A stretch of DNA of 64,000 bases from Chloroflexota bacterium (GCA_965216245.1 OZ244145.1:2317284-2381283), one strand, 5' to 3'. Positions 1-9,620 are shown, counted from the first letter of the stretch. Translations and numbers: made by a program. The notes: generated by a model not told the origin, from the sequence alone.

Positions 1-180
1 CACGGCCCCATGGTCGAAGTTGAAGACCGTGCAGCCCGTCGGGCCTGCCTCGTATTCGGCAATACCGATTGCCAGGCGCGGAAAGTCGAACGTGAGCGTC
101 GGACCGCTAAACTCGGTCTGCGGCACGAGTGCAAGGGAGTCGTTTGAGAGCAGGGGCGGTTTGGTGTCTTGGTCTGACAT
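1..180 (-). CDS. P1/S58 family Ntn-hydrolase, NylC-like (5' part; runs off the window start)
   Basis: Manual translation from ATG 180 (GAGGT RBS): MSDQDTKPPLLSNDSLALVPQTEFSGPTLTFDFPRLAIGIAEYEAGPTGCTVFNF. This resembles the NylC N-terminus (FDFPGVSIGAAHYEEGPTGATV). Not in the ORF track. Confidence 0.7.
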   Translation of the reverse strand, partial: MSDQDTKPPLLSNDSLALVPQTEFSGPTLTFDFPRLAIGIAEYEAGPTGCTVFNFDHGAV

Positions 181-422
181 GCGCTTACCTCTTGCAGGCA
201 CTAATTCGCGCTCAGTGAATGATGAATCAATGAAGGGAATCTAAAGAACGGGCAGGGCGAAGAGCGCGGGCAGCTCGTGTCCCGGAGCGCCGCGCCTAAA
301 CTGCGACAAAAGAGAGGTGCTCCCAGGGTTCAGTATCATTACGGCATCGATGAATCTCCACTAGAGCATCATAGCACCCAGCGCGTTCAGCAGTGCTCTG
401 CTAGCGCAGGCCGATCCAATCC

Positions 423-2009
423 TTAACTGTGAAGGTCTTTGACTGCAAGCTGCCGTACGATTTGCTGCATGGCGTCGCCGTACCGCTGCTGGGAGAATGC
501 CTTGCTCCGCTCTTGTGCCGCCGTGCTGAGGCGGGTGCGTCGTTCGGGGTCTTCTATGAGCTGCTGAGTGGCAGCGACCAGGTCGGCAACTGTATCCCAG
601 AGAATGCCGTTTTCGCCTGGCGTGATGACTTCGCCTACACCGCCCTTGCCGACTGCCAGCGGCACCGCGCCGGCGGCCATCGCCTCGACGACGCTGATGC
701 CAAAGTGCTCCACGCGCAGCGGCTCTTTCTCCTCGTTCACGCCGAATCCGGTCGCATGCCAGTAGAGGCTTGCCTGAGCGGAGAGATTCTGGAGTGTGGC
801 GAAGTCCGCGTTGGCGTGAAGGGTCACGGGTAGGTCCTGAGCCATTTTCTGAACTTGGGCAAAGAAAGCGCGGTCTGCCGGTTTCTCACCGACGGTACCG
901 ACGAGGTGAAGTTCCCAGTTCTGCACCCCACTGGCGACCAGCGAGCGAAAGGCATCTATGAGCACGTCTTGGCGCTTGCAATGCTCGCCGACGAAGAAGC
1001 GTCCGGTGGAGAGGATGATGGGACGCTTGACACCGGGTACGAAGCTCGTGGTGTCAACGGGCGGATAGAGGAACTCGCTCTCCGCGTCCCAGAAGCGCCG
1101 GAGCCACGAGGCTGTAAACGTCGAATTGGCCAGTATGAGGTCGTAGGTGTCTAGGTAATCCATCTCGGTTTCTTCCAGTATCGTCCGCGCCCGTAACATT
1201 AGCCGGGGCAGATTGCGCTCGAACAGGCGCCTGGAGAAGCGGCTGAAGGTAGTGCCTGCGGTAACTTGGCTGATGGCAATACCGAGCGGGCGGCGCTCTT
1301 CCGGTGTGGACGGATCAGGCTCCACAACCTCGCTTTCGACATCGATGGTCACGCGTTCGGCCTGGCTCAATTCGGATGGGACCCGTAGTGTGAGCAGGCG
1401 GAAATTGCCTGCAGACGGTGCTATATCAACACTTGCGATCTCTGTGCCCTGCGTGGCAAAGCGGGCGTGAAGCGGAGCCGTTCCGACAAAATTACCAACC
1501 GCAAATTGCACGGTTACGCCACGCCTGCCTCCGGGCACGGAGAACCCGGCACGACGGCCCATGGAACGGTACCAGCCAACGTCTACCAATTCCATACCGT
1601 AGAATCCATACTCATAACGCACCCGGCCCAAGCGAGCCGCGCACCATTGGACGAGATGTTGCGTTAGCTTCGCACGCGGCGAAAGGTCGCGCGGGAGCGG
1701 AAAGTAGATGAAAAGGATGCTGGCGGGCGCGCGGCTTGGGATGTTGTCCATGTGCGAGCCGTTAATGAAGAGGTCGTACTCCGCAGTAAGCGCTTCAATT
1801 TCTGAGTATGGGAGGTCAGGGATAACGCGCAGCCCAACGTTCGCGAAATCAAGATCGAAACGCTGGGCGACCGCTCCAAGATCCGTAGGATTGGTAGTGA
1901 TGAACGTAACGTCGTGGCCGTCGGCGGCGAGCGCCTGTGCGGCGGACCCCGTTTGCCGCTCGCCACCGCCCTGCGTCTGCAGCCATCGGTTGAAGATTCC
2001 TATGCGCAT
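423..2009 (-). CDS. Glycosyltransferase family 4 (GT-B), paralog 1
   Basis: GGGER motif at the N-terminus; K in CKRQD; EHFGISVVEAMAAG (ExFG..E) signature. Start placed at MRIGIF by alignment with paralog 2. Confidence 0.9.
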   Translation of the reverse strand: MRIGIFNRWLQTQGGGERQTGSAAQALAADGHDVTFITTNPTDLGAVAQRFDLDFANVGLRVIPDLPYSEIEALTAEYDLFINGSHMDNIPSRAPASILFIYFPLPRDLSPRAKLTQHLVQWCAARLGRVRYEYGFYGMELVDVGWYRSMGRRAGFSVPGGRRGVTVQFAVGNFVGTAPLHARFATQGTEIASVDIAPSAGNFRLLTLRVPSELSQAERVTIDVESEVVEPDPSTPEERRPLGIAISQVTAGTTFSRFSRRLFERNLPRLMLRARTILEETEMDYLDTYDLILANSTFTASWLRRFWDAESEFLYPPVDTTSFVPGVKRPIILSTGRFFVGEHCKRQDVLIDAFRSLVASGVQNWELHLVGTVGEKPADRAFFAQVQKMAQDLPVTLHANADFATLQNLSAQASLYWHATGFGVNEEKEPLRVEHFGISVVEAMAAGAVPLAVGKGGVGEVITPGENGILWDTVADLVAATQQLIEDPERRTRLSTAAQERSKAFSQQRYGDAMQQIVRQLAVKDLHS

Positions 2010-2085
2010 AGCAAAGAAATAGTGATCGTCAGTGGAACCCGAGAATTGCGGAGATAGCGCGATTCTACACGTCTGCACAGGTTTG

Positions 2086-2307
2086 GGCAATCCAATTGGG
2101 TGAATGCGGTTGTAGTGGTGCGAGGTTGCCGAGGCGGATGGCGTTTCATATGAGGAGGTGTGTGACGGACGTAAGGAGGATGCCGTTGCGGTGGTCGCCA
2201 GCGGTGATCCAGTGATCCGGCCGTGTAGCGACTGGAACCGGCAGTGGGATACCGTCGACCGGCGCGGATCTCAATCCCGCAGTGGTGTGGTGCCTGCGTG
2301 CGTGGGC
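2086..2307 (-). pseudogene. Decayed duplicate of the thiO 3' end
   Basis: Translates to HHTTAGLRSAPVDGIPLPVPVATRPDHWITAGDHRNGILLTSVTHLLI*NAIRLGNLAPLQPHSP, colinear with the ThiO C-terminus encoded at about 3990-4215. Internal TGA at 2146-2148. Confidence 0.85.
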
Positions 2308-2318
2308 CGAAGTAATGT

Positions 2319-3905
2319 TCATCGAAACGAGTCTTTGGTCGCGAGCTGGCGCACGATCTGCTGCATGGCGTCGCCGTAGCGCTGTTGTGAGAATTCTTTG
2401 CTCCGCTCTTGCGCAGCCGCGCTGAGGCGCGCACGTCGTTCGGGGTCTTCAATGAGCTGCCGAGTGGCGCCGATGAGTTCGGCTGGCGTATTCCAAAGGA
2501 TGCCGGCCGCACCCGGTATAATTATTTCGCGCACGCCGCCTTTGCCGACCGCCAGCGGTACCGCGCCCGCAGCCATGGCCTCGACCACACTGATCCCAAA
2601 GTGCTCCACGCGCAGCGGCTCTTTCTCCTCGTTAATGCCGAAACCGGCCGCGTGCCAGTAGAGGCTCGCCTGGGCGGAGAGTTCTTGCAGGGTTGTAAAG
2701 TCCGCGTTGGCGTGAAGAGTCACAGGCAGTCCCTCTGCCAAAGACTGAATTTGGGCGAAGTAGGCTTGGTCTACCGGTCTCTTGCCAACGCTGCCGACAA
2801 GGTGGAGGTGCCAGTCCCGGATGCCGCTGGCAACGAGCGCACGAAAGGCCTCTACCAGCACGTCCTGACGCTTGCTATGCCCGCCGACGAAGTAGCGTCC
2901 GGTAGAGAGGATGATTGGCTGCTTATCGCCGGGCGCAAAGTTCGTTGTGTCTACAGGTGGATGGAGCACATCGCTGTCCGCGTCCCAGTAGCGCCGGAGC
3001 CACGTTGCCGTGAAGTCCGAAATGGAGAGAATGCGGTCGTAGGTTTGCAGGTGTTCAAGAGCCGACTCCGCTAGGACTTCCTGCGCTTGTGTTGCCAGAC
3101 GTGGCAGGCGGCGCTCGACGAGCCGTGTGTAGAGACGGCTGAGGGTTGTGTCTGCGGTCACTTGGCTGATGGCAATGCCGAGCGGACGGCGTTCTTGCGG
3201 AGTTGCTGGGTCCGGCTCTACCACGTCGCTCTCCACGTCTAAGATTATGCGCTCGGATTGGCTCAGTGCCGGTGGAACCCGCAGCGTGAGCATGTGAAAG
3301 TCGCCTGCCGACGGCGGTACCTCTAAGTCGGCGAGTTCCGTGCCCTGGAATGAGAAACGCGCGTGCAGCGGCTTGTTTCCAGCGAAATTACCAGCCGCTA
3401 ACTCAATAGTCATAGCCCGTCCGCTGCCAGGCACAGAGAAACTGGCGCGGCGGCTCATGGCGCGGTACCAGCCGTCGCCAACTGTTTCGTTGCCGTAGAA
3501 TCCTTCGTCAAAGCGTACGCCGCTCACGTGTGCTGCACCCCATGTGACGAGTTTGCGGGTCAGAGTAGCAAGTGGCGATAGGTCACGAGGACGGGGAAAG
3601 TAAATGAAGAGGATGCTAGCGGGGGCGCGGCTCGGGATTGCGTCCATGTGCGAGCCGTTGATGAAGAGGTCGTAATCCGCGGAAAGCGCTGTAATCTCAG
3701 AGTAGGGGAGGTCCGGCACCACGCGCAGCGCGACATCGGCGAGATCAAGGTTTAACCGTTTTTCGAGTCCTGCGAGGTCCGTGGGAGTGGTAGTAATGAA
3801 CGTGACTTTGTGGCCGTCCGCGGCGAGCGCCTGTGCGGCGGCCCCAGTATGTCGTTCGCCGCCGCCCCGCGTGTGCAGCCACCGGTTGAAGATACCTATG
3901 CGCAT
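2319..3905 (-). CDS. Glycosyltransferase family 4 (GT-B), paralog 2
   Basis: Same motifs as paralog 1 and highly similar along its length. True start is MRIGIF at 3905, not 4475. Confidence 0.9.
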   Translation of the reverse strand: MRIGIFNRWLHTRGGGERHTGAAAQALAADGHKVTFITTTPTDLAGLEKRLNLDLADVALRVVPDLPYSEITALSADYDLFINGSHMDAIPSRAPASILFIYFPRPRDLSPLATLTRKLVTWGAAHVSGVRFDEGFYGNETVGDGWYRAMSRRASFSVPGSGRAMTIELAAGNFAGNKPLHARFSFQGTELADLEVPPSAGDFHMLTLRVPPALSQSERIILDVESDVVEPDPATPQERRPLGIAISQVTADTTLSRLYTRLVERRLPRLATQAQEVLAESALEHLQTYDRILSISDFTATWLRRYWDADSDVLHPPVDTTNFAPGDKQPIILSTGRYFVGGHSKRQDVLVEAFRALVASGIRDWHLHLVGSVGKRPVDQAYFAQIQSLAEGLPVTLHANADFTTLQELSAQASLYWHAAGFGINEEKEPLRVEHFGISVVEAMAAGAVPLAVGKGGVREIIIPGAAGILWNTPAELIGATRQLIEDPERRARLSAAAQERSKEFSQQRYGDAMQQIVRQLATKDSFR

Positions 3906-3987
3906 AGCAAGGTTAACTCTTACCCACGTGGATGCCTGAATATTAAACGTTGGAGCGATTCTAGCGTAAAGGTGCGCAGAGCGCCGC

Positions 3988-5098
3988 TCACTGCGTGCCG
4001 AAGCGGTCGGGAGAAAACGGCCGCAGCGGAGCGAGGTCGCCGCCACGAATGGCGTTGCACATGAGCTGAGCAGTAATCGGGGTGAGCAGGATGCCGTTGC
4101 GGTGGTGGCCGGCGGCGACCCACAGTCCCGGCCGGTGCGCAACCGGCCCCAGCAGCGGCAAGCCGTCGGCGGGCGTGGGGCGCAGGCCCACGCCGAAGTG
4201 GTGCACCCGCACGTCCGCGAGACCGGGCGCGAGTTTGTGCAGCACTTTGACGTTGGAACGCCACGCCTCCGGGCGTATTCTCGCGCTCGAACCCCGCGTC
4301 CTCTTCCGTAGCGCCAACTACAATGCGCCCGTCCTGCTTTGGCGCCAAGTAGCCGCCTGCGCCGAAGGCGACTCGCTGCAGCGGACGGTTGTAGGTCTCC
4401 AGCACCATCACTTGGCCCCGGGTTGGTTTCAACGGCAGCGCAATGCCGAGGAGATCTCCGAGCAGACGGCTCCAAGCTCCGGCGGCAATCACAACGTGGT
4501 CGGCGTGCACGGGCCCGGCAGCAGTTTGCACCCCGGTAACGCGTTCACCGGAGGTGATGAAGCCATGCACGGGGGTGTACTCGTGAATTGTCACACCCTG
4601 GGCCACGGCCGCCAGTGTCAATACATGCATGAGTTGCGGCGCGTACACGTGGGCGTCGTCCTGAAAGAGTACGGCGCCGCGGGCGATTGTGTTGAGCAGC
4701 GGCTCTTCCCGGCGCAACGCCTCGGCATCGAGCCAGGAGACGCGCTGACCTCGCTCGGCAAGTGCTTTAGCCCGCCTGGAGAGAAAGACCGCTTGCTTCT
4801 CACCGAACACGACGGTGAGCGCGCCGGAACGCGTGTAGGTGGCGTCCAGGCCGGTGGCGGCTTCAAGCTCAGCCGTGAAGTCCGGATAGAGTCGGGCCGA
4901 CTGCACGGAGAGATTGAGGACGTGGTCGCCGCGGTCTCCCTCTACGCCGGATCCCAGTATGCCGGCGGCAGCGATACGGGCCTGGCCGCCTACGCGTTCC
5001 TTCTCGAATACGGCTACCCGCACACCGGACTTTGCCAGCGTGTAGGCAATGGCGCAGCCGATGATGCCGCCACCAATGATGGCTACCTCAGTTGTCAT
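3988..5098 (-). pseudogene. thiO: Glycine oxidase ThiO, split by a 1-nt frameshift near 4257 (pseudogene or sequencing error)
   Basis: N-terminal GGGIIG FAD motif in ORF 3920..5098. The C-terminal GLRP...GHHRNGILLTP lies in another frame (ORF 3988..4317). Removing one T from GCG-TTCC-AAC joins the two. Confidence 0.85.
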
Positions 5099-5469
5099 GG
5101 GTGAAGTTCATTCGGTTTCTTTCGCTTCGGACGTTTGGATGATTCGTGTTCGCCCGTATTGACGCCATTGGGAGCAGCAACGTCGGAAGGTATACCATCA
5201 TCCTTCTGATTGCTGCCGCCGCCGACCATGCGGACGATTTCGACCACGTCGCCCTCTTGCAGCATAACCTGCCGGTGCTCGTCGCGGCGGACTACCTCTT
5301 GGTTCACGGCAACGGCGATGAACCGCGCCGGCACGTCGTTCTCCTCAAGAAAGGCAGACAGCGCCGTGCCTGAGGATAACCGGCGTTCTTCCCCGTTTAC
5401 TGTTATGCGGATGCTTTCCGCTGGCGCTTGAATGTGCGCAGGCGGGGTGGCCCCTTCTTCCCTCGTCAT
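5095..5469 (-). CDS. thiS: Sulfur carrier protein ThiS with a C-terminal extension
   Basis: ITVNGE...IAVAVNQEVV...GDVVEIVRMVGGG beta-grasp pattern. ATGA overlaps with both thiE and thiO. Confidence 0.9.
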   Translation of the reverse strand: MTREEGATPPAHIQAPAESIRITVNGEERRLSSGTALSAFLEENDVPARFIAVAVNQEVVRRDEHRQVMLQEGDVVEIVRMVGGGSNQKDDGIPSDVAAPNGVNTGEHESSKRPKRKKPNELHP

Positions 5470-6182
5470 GAGGATTGCACCTGTCGCGGTCCGGTTAGCG
5501 CATCGATCAGGCGGCGAGCGGCCGCAGAGGTGTCGGTTGCCCGGAGCAGTGCGCCAATCACGGCCACGCCATGCGCGCCGGCTGCCATCACTGCCGGCGC
5601 GTTCTGCGCCGTGATGCCGCCGACGCCGATGACGGGGATGTCAATTTCCGCCTTTACGTCGCGCACCAATTGTGGCCCCGCGGGTGCGCGTCCCGGCTTG
5701 GAGTCCGTCGCAAAGAGTGTCCCGACTTGCACAAAGTCTGCACCTAGGACCGCACGCTGGGCGGCGCCGGCGACGCTGTGCGCCGAATACCCCAACAGCA
5801 TATTCTCCCCCAGTATTTGCCGTGCAGACTCGATCGGTAGCCCATTTTCAGGCAGGTGCGCCCCATCTGCGCCCACGGCGAGGGCGACGTCCACGCGGTC
5901 ATTGACGATGAGAAGCGCGCGGCCTTGAGTGACCCGCCGGAGATACCACGCCAGCCCGAAGAGGTCTCCGGCAGGCAGTCCTTTTTCCCGTAACTGTACG
6001 ACGTTCACTCCGCCTGCAATGCCCGCACGCACCCGTTCTACGAGCATCCTCGTAGACTCGATTTTCGCTATCTCAAGGCTGCTAAGACCCCTGAGCTCCG
6101 GCACGTTCGCCACCGCGCTAAGGTCCGGCGCGTCGAGGCGCGTGATGAGCGTGAGACAGGGGTATGGCAATTGGGGTTTCAT
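5466..6182 (-). CDS. thiE: Thiamine phosphate synthase
   Basis: VQLREK, IVNDRVD, GAHL, GYSAHS, TDSK and GVGGI motifs; thi operon context. Confidence 0.93.
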   Translation of the reverse strand: MKPQLPYPCLTLITRLDAPDLSAVANVPELRGLSSLEIAKIESTRMLVERVRAGIAGGVNVVQLREKGLPAGDLFGLAWYLRRVTQGRALLIVNDRVDVALAVGADGAHLPENGLPIESARQILGENMLLGYSAHSVAGAAQRAVLGADFVQVGTLFATDSKPGRAPAGPQLVRDVKAEIDIPVIGVGGITAQNAPAVMAAGAHGVAVIGALLRATDTSAAARRLIDALTGPRQVQSS

Positions 6183-6201
6183 GCGGCGTGAACGAGTCGC
6201 G

Positions 6202-6978
6202 CTAGGCGTGGACGACTCCAGCTACCGGACTGCTGGGCGTGGCGAATTTCTGCTGCGCTATGCGCCCGGCAAGGTAGGCTTTGCGGCCGGCCTCCACGCC
6301 GAGGCGGAAGGCTTCCGCCATGAGCGACGGGTCTTCTGCGCGCGCAATTGCCGTGTTAATGAGCACGGCGTCCGCGCCAATTTCAAGCGATAGTGAAGCT
6401 TCGGACGGCACACCGATCCCGGCGTCCACGACGACGGGTACGCTCGCCTGCTCGACGATCAGTTCGATCTCTTCCCGCGTAAAGATGCCTTGACCGGAAC
6501 CGATGGGCGAGCCGAGCGGCATTACGGTGGCACAGCCCACGTCTTCCAAGCGCCGCGCCAGGATGGGGTCGGCGTGGATGTACGGCAGCACGACAAAGCC
6601 GTCTTTGACAAGCGCCTCGGCGGCATGGAGCGTATCGACCGGGTCCGGCAGCAGCGAATTCGGGTCCGGCTGCACTTCGAGCTTTACCCAGTCCGATCCG
6701 GTCAGTTCGCGTGCCAGCTTGGCCGTAACGACGGCCTCGTCTGCGGTGCGTGCGCCGGCCGTATTCGGCAGAATAGTGTAGCGCTCCCAATCGATGTGGT
6801 CGAGGATCGTCTTTTGCGTCGGATTGCTGAGGTCGATGCGCCGTATCGCCACCGTGATGATCTCGGCCCCCGACGCCTCGATTGCTTGAATCATTTCCTC
6901 AGGCGTGCGGTACTTGCCCGTACCGATCATCAGCCGCGATGTGAATTGCTTTCCCGCTATCTCAAGCGCGTCTGTCAT
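6202..6978 (-). CDS. thiG: Thiazole synthase
   Basis: [34 protein letters not shown] and VDAGIG motifs. Start at MTDALEI after an AAGGA RBS. Confidence 0.96.
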   Translation of the reverse strand: MTDALEIAGKQFTSRLMIGTGKYRTPEEMIQAIEASGAEIITVAIRRIDLSNPTQKTILDHIDWERYTILPNTAGARTADEAVVTAKLARELTGSDWVKLEVQPDPNSLLPDPVDTLHAAEALVKDGFVVLPYIHADPILARRLEDVGCATVMPLGSPIGSGQGIFTREEIELIVEQASVPVVVDAGIGVPSEASLSLEIGADAVLINTAIARAEDPSLMAEAFRLGVEAGRKAYLAGRIAQQKFATPSSPVAGVVHA

Positions 6979-7050
6979 TTTCGTTCCTTTTCCACATGTT
7001 GCACGTGGATGAGAAGGAGTCTGCCGGGCATGCGCACCCTCTCTTCCCCG

Positions 7051-7090
7051 CAAAATACAAAAACCGCTTCACAGAGGGAGAGCGGTTTGC
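7051..7090 (-). terminator. Intrinsic terminator of the TPP riboswitch expression platform
   Basis: On the minus strand, an AAACCGCT...AGCGGTTT stem followed by TTGTATTTTG, located between the aptamer and thiG. Confidence 0.75.
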
Positions 7091-7107
7091 GGCAGTGTCT
7101 TCGGGTT

Positions 7108-7203
7108 CTGCCGCTTCCCTCCGCTGGCATGATCCAGGTCAGGTTCCAAGGGTTGCCCCGCTCGCGAGCAGAGACTCTCAGCCATGCGGCTCCCCTAGCG
7201 GCC
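7108..7203 (-). ncRNA. TPP riboswitch
   Basis: Minus strand GCCGCTAGGGGAGCC..GGCTGAGA...AACCCTTGGAACCTGACCTGGATCATGCCAGCGGAGGGAAGCGGC matches the THI-box consensus, directly upstream of thiG. Extended -10 TGGTATACT at about 7243-7251. Confidence 0.96.
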
Positions 7204-7413
7204 CTAGTGGCGGAATACGGTATGCGCCAGTAAGACGGTTCCAGTATACCATGCGGTGCAGGCGTACTGGGAGTGCGTATAGAATGAAACGACAGAGTGC
7301 GAAGGAAGTGACCGGTGGCGCTTGTTTGCGTTGATTGCGCACCTGCCGCATTGTTCGTACTCAAGCGTTGGTTGTGGCGCGGGATATGGATTATCAATAG
7401 AGGAGCGGTGTAT

Positions 7414-8409
7414 ATGGATATGGTGAACATCGGCATTGCGGGTACGGGAGGCATAGCGCAATCGCACGCGAGGGGGTTGGCATCTGTTCCCCAGGCGCGG
7501 ATCGTGGCTGCGGCGGACGTGAATGAAGCAGCCGTGCACGCGTTTGCGGCTGCGCATGACGTGGCGCACGTCGACACTGACTACCGCGCCGTTCTGGACA
7601 ACCCGGCGGTAGATGCGGTCATCATCTGTCTGCCCCATGCGCTGCACGGTGAAGTCGCGATCGCTGCGGCGCAGGCCGGCAAGCACGTGCTCTCCGAGAA
7701 GCCGCTGGGCGTATCCGTAGTCGAGTGCAGCGCCATCATCGCCGCCTGCGAAGAGGCCCAGGTGAACCTCATGGTCGGTCACACCCACCGCTTCATGTTG
7801 GAGCACCTGCGGGCGCTGGAGTTGCTACGCGAGGGGGCGATCGGCGATGTGCTCCATATTCACGACTCCATCACTGGCGCTACCCGCCATAAGGACCTGG
7901 GCTGGCGCGGGGTACGCGCGCTGGCCGGCGGCGGTGTGTTTATGGACAACGGCGTACATAGCGCGGACCGGCTGCGCTGGTGGATTGGGTCGGAGGTTAC
8001 GGCTATCACCGCCAACATCGGCCACTACGGCGCGCGCACCGAGGGGGAGGATTTCGGTGTGGCTCACCTCGAATTTGCCAACGGCGCGAGCGCGACGATG
8101 GAAATCTCGTTGATTGCGGCTCCTACAATGGGACGCTGCCGCGCCGAGGTGACGGGTTCAAACGGCGCGATGGAGATCGCGACGTGGCGGCATCTCAAGG
8201 TAGCGAGTGCGGATGACCAGGAGTGGGAAACACTGACGTTCCCACGAGATCGCAGCCAGTTCGTGCGGGAGGACGGCGAGTTCGTGGCGAGCATCTTGGA
8301 ACAACGCGCGCCGCTCGTCACCGGCGAGGACGGCAAACGGGCCGTGGCCATCGTGCAAGGCATCTATCAAGCGGCAGAGAGCGGCGAGCGGGTGCTCTTG
8401 CACGGATAA
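7414..8409 (+). CDS. Gfo/Idh/MocA family oxidoreductase
   Basis: GIAGTGGIA Rossmann motif, KHVLSEKP, DNGVH. AGGAG RBS before ATG 7414. Confidence 0.93.
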   Translation: MDMVNIGIAGTGGIAQSHARGLASVPQARIVAAADVNEAAVHAFAAAHDVAHVDTDYRAVLDNPAVDAVIICLPHALHGEVAIAAAQAGKHVLSEKPLGVSVVECSAIIAACEEAQVNLMVGHTHRFMLEHLRALELLREGAIGDVLHIHDSITGATRHKDLGWRGVRALAGGGVFMDNGVHSADRLRWWIGSEVTAITANIGHYGARTEGEDFGVAHLEFANGASATMEISLIAAPTMGRCRAEVTGSNGAMEIATWRHLKVASADDQEWETLTFPRDRSQFVREDGEFVASILEQRAPLVTGEDGKRAVAIVQGIYQAAESGERVLLHG

Positions 8410-8565
8410 TCCAAGTAAACAAAACTCTACATTCGTCAGGACAAGCTTGGTCGGCTACGGGAGGGCCGACCTCGGAGGGCCGTCATTCCTGTAAGTGTTG
8501 ACTAATTCGTTGACAGATTTCGCTGTTTGATTCCCTTGCCAAGATCTAGAGTACCCCCGTCTCCG

Positions 8566-9576
8566 TCATTCCCGCGAAAGCGGGAAGGTGGATTCACATT
8601 TCAAGTGCAACGTTTGTTTGAGGAATACTTCTGCTGGGGTTTGATAGTCAAGGCACTTGCGCGGGGTGTGATTGTAGGCTTGGATAAGTTGCGCAAAGCG
8701 CTCTGCGGACATCTCCGCCAGGTCGGTCTTGCGCGGCAGCACGCGCCGCATGCGTCCGATGGCGTTCTCAATGCCTCCTTTCTGCCAGGGGGCGTGGGTA
8801 TCGCAGAAGAAGGTCTGGATGCCCAAGTCATGGAGATGGTAATGGCGCGCGAACTCGGTGCCGTTGTCGAAGGTGACGGTCTGTCGCCACGCTTCAGGCA
8901 AGACCGCGAGCAGATCGTACATGGTGCTGGCGATGGGGTCTGCCGCCTTGCCGGGCTGGCGCGCAGCGATGAGCAAGCGCGAGTGGCGCTCGTGCAGGGC
9001 GAGCACCGCGTGGCCGCCTCTCCCAAAGAGCATCAGGTCAGCCTCCCAGTGGCCGGGGGTTTGGCGGTCGGCCGCCGCCTGGGGACGTTCCGCCAGTGGA
9101 CGGCGCTTGGCAATGAAGGAGGCCGGACTGCGCCCACTGCGCCGATGGGGTCGCCGTCTCGTCTTGCCTCGCGGCAGGTAGTGCCGCCAACTATAGTCCT
9201 TGGTGCGCGCCACCTGTCCGTATATGAAACGATAGATGGTCTCGTGGGAGATGACCGGTCCACCGGCATCCCGCGCCATGTGTCCTGCCACCTGCTCCGG
9301 CGACCAGCCGCATTGCAAGTACTCCAGCACGGTCTTGCGCAACGCAGCATCCCGTTCCAACTTGCCGCCAACCCAGCGCCGCGCCCACGCCTGTTCGTGG
9401 GCATACCCCGCTTGGTAGCCCTGCGTACGAGACCCATTGCGTTTCACCTCCCGCATAATGGTCGATGGCGCGCGATCCAGAGCTGCAGCAATTTGCCGGT
9501 ACGACTGTCCCGCGGTGTGAAGCCGGGCCAGTTCACACCGCTCTTCAATGGAAAGTTGACGATAGTATGTTCCCAT
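8566..9576 (-). CDS. IS30 family transposase
   Basis: N-terminal HTH (IAAALDRAPSTIMREVKRN), WSPEQ, ISHETIYR. DDE motifs GHWEAD, TFDNGTEF, WQKGGIEN. Confidence 0.97.
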   Translation of the reverse strand: MGTYYRQLSIEERCELARLHTAGQSYRQIAAALDRAPSTIMREVKRNGSRTQGYQAGYAHEQAWARRWVGGKLERDAALRKTVLEYLQCGWSPEQVAGHMARDAGGPVISHETIYRFIYGQVARTKDYSWRHYLPRGKTRRRPHRRSGRSPASFIAKRRPLAERPQAAADRQTPGHWEADLMLFGRGGHAVLALHERHSRLLIAARQPGKAADPIASTMYDLLAVLPEAWRQTVTFDNGTEFARHYHLHDLGIQTFFCDTHAPWQKGGIENAIGRMRRVLPRKTDLAEMSAERFAQLIQAYNHTPRKCLDYQTPAEVFLKQTLHLKCESTFPLSRE

Positions 9577-9620
9577 GGCAACACCTTAGCATGGTGTTGC
9601 ACTTCGTTTGTGAGTCTAGC
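8587..9620 (-). mobile_element. IS30 family insertion sequence
   Basis: Imperfect 25-bp IRs GGTGGATTCACATTTCAAGTGCAAC and GCTAGACTCACAAACGAAGTGCAAC. GAA duplication at 8584-8586 and 9621-9623. Confidence 0.9.

Noticed and set aside
4245-4265. Programmed frameshift in thiO
   Set aside because: No slippery heptamer or homopolymer at the shift point.
3906-4475. 190-aa N-terminal extension of the second GT (ORF 2319..4475)
   Set aside because: It overlaps thiO in another frame, and paralog alignment places the start at 3905.
5110-5135. KRPKRKK in the ThiS tail as a nuclear localisation signal
   Set aside because: Basic clusters arise easily in disordered tails, and there is no secretion signal.
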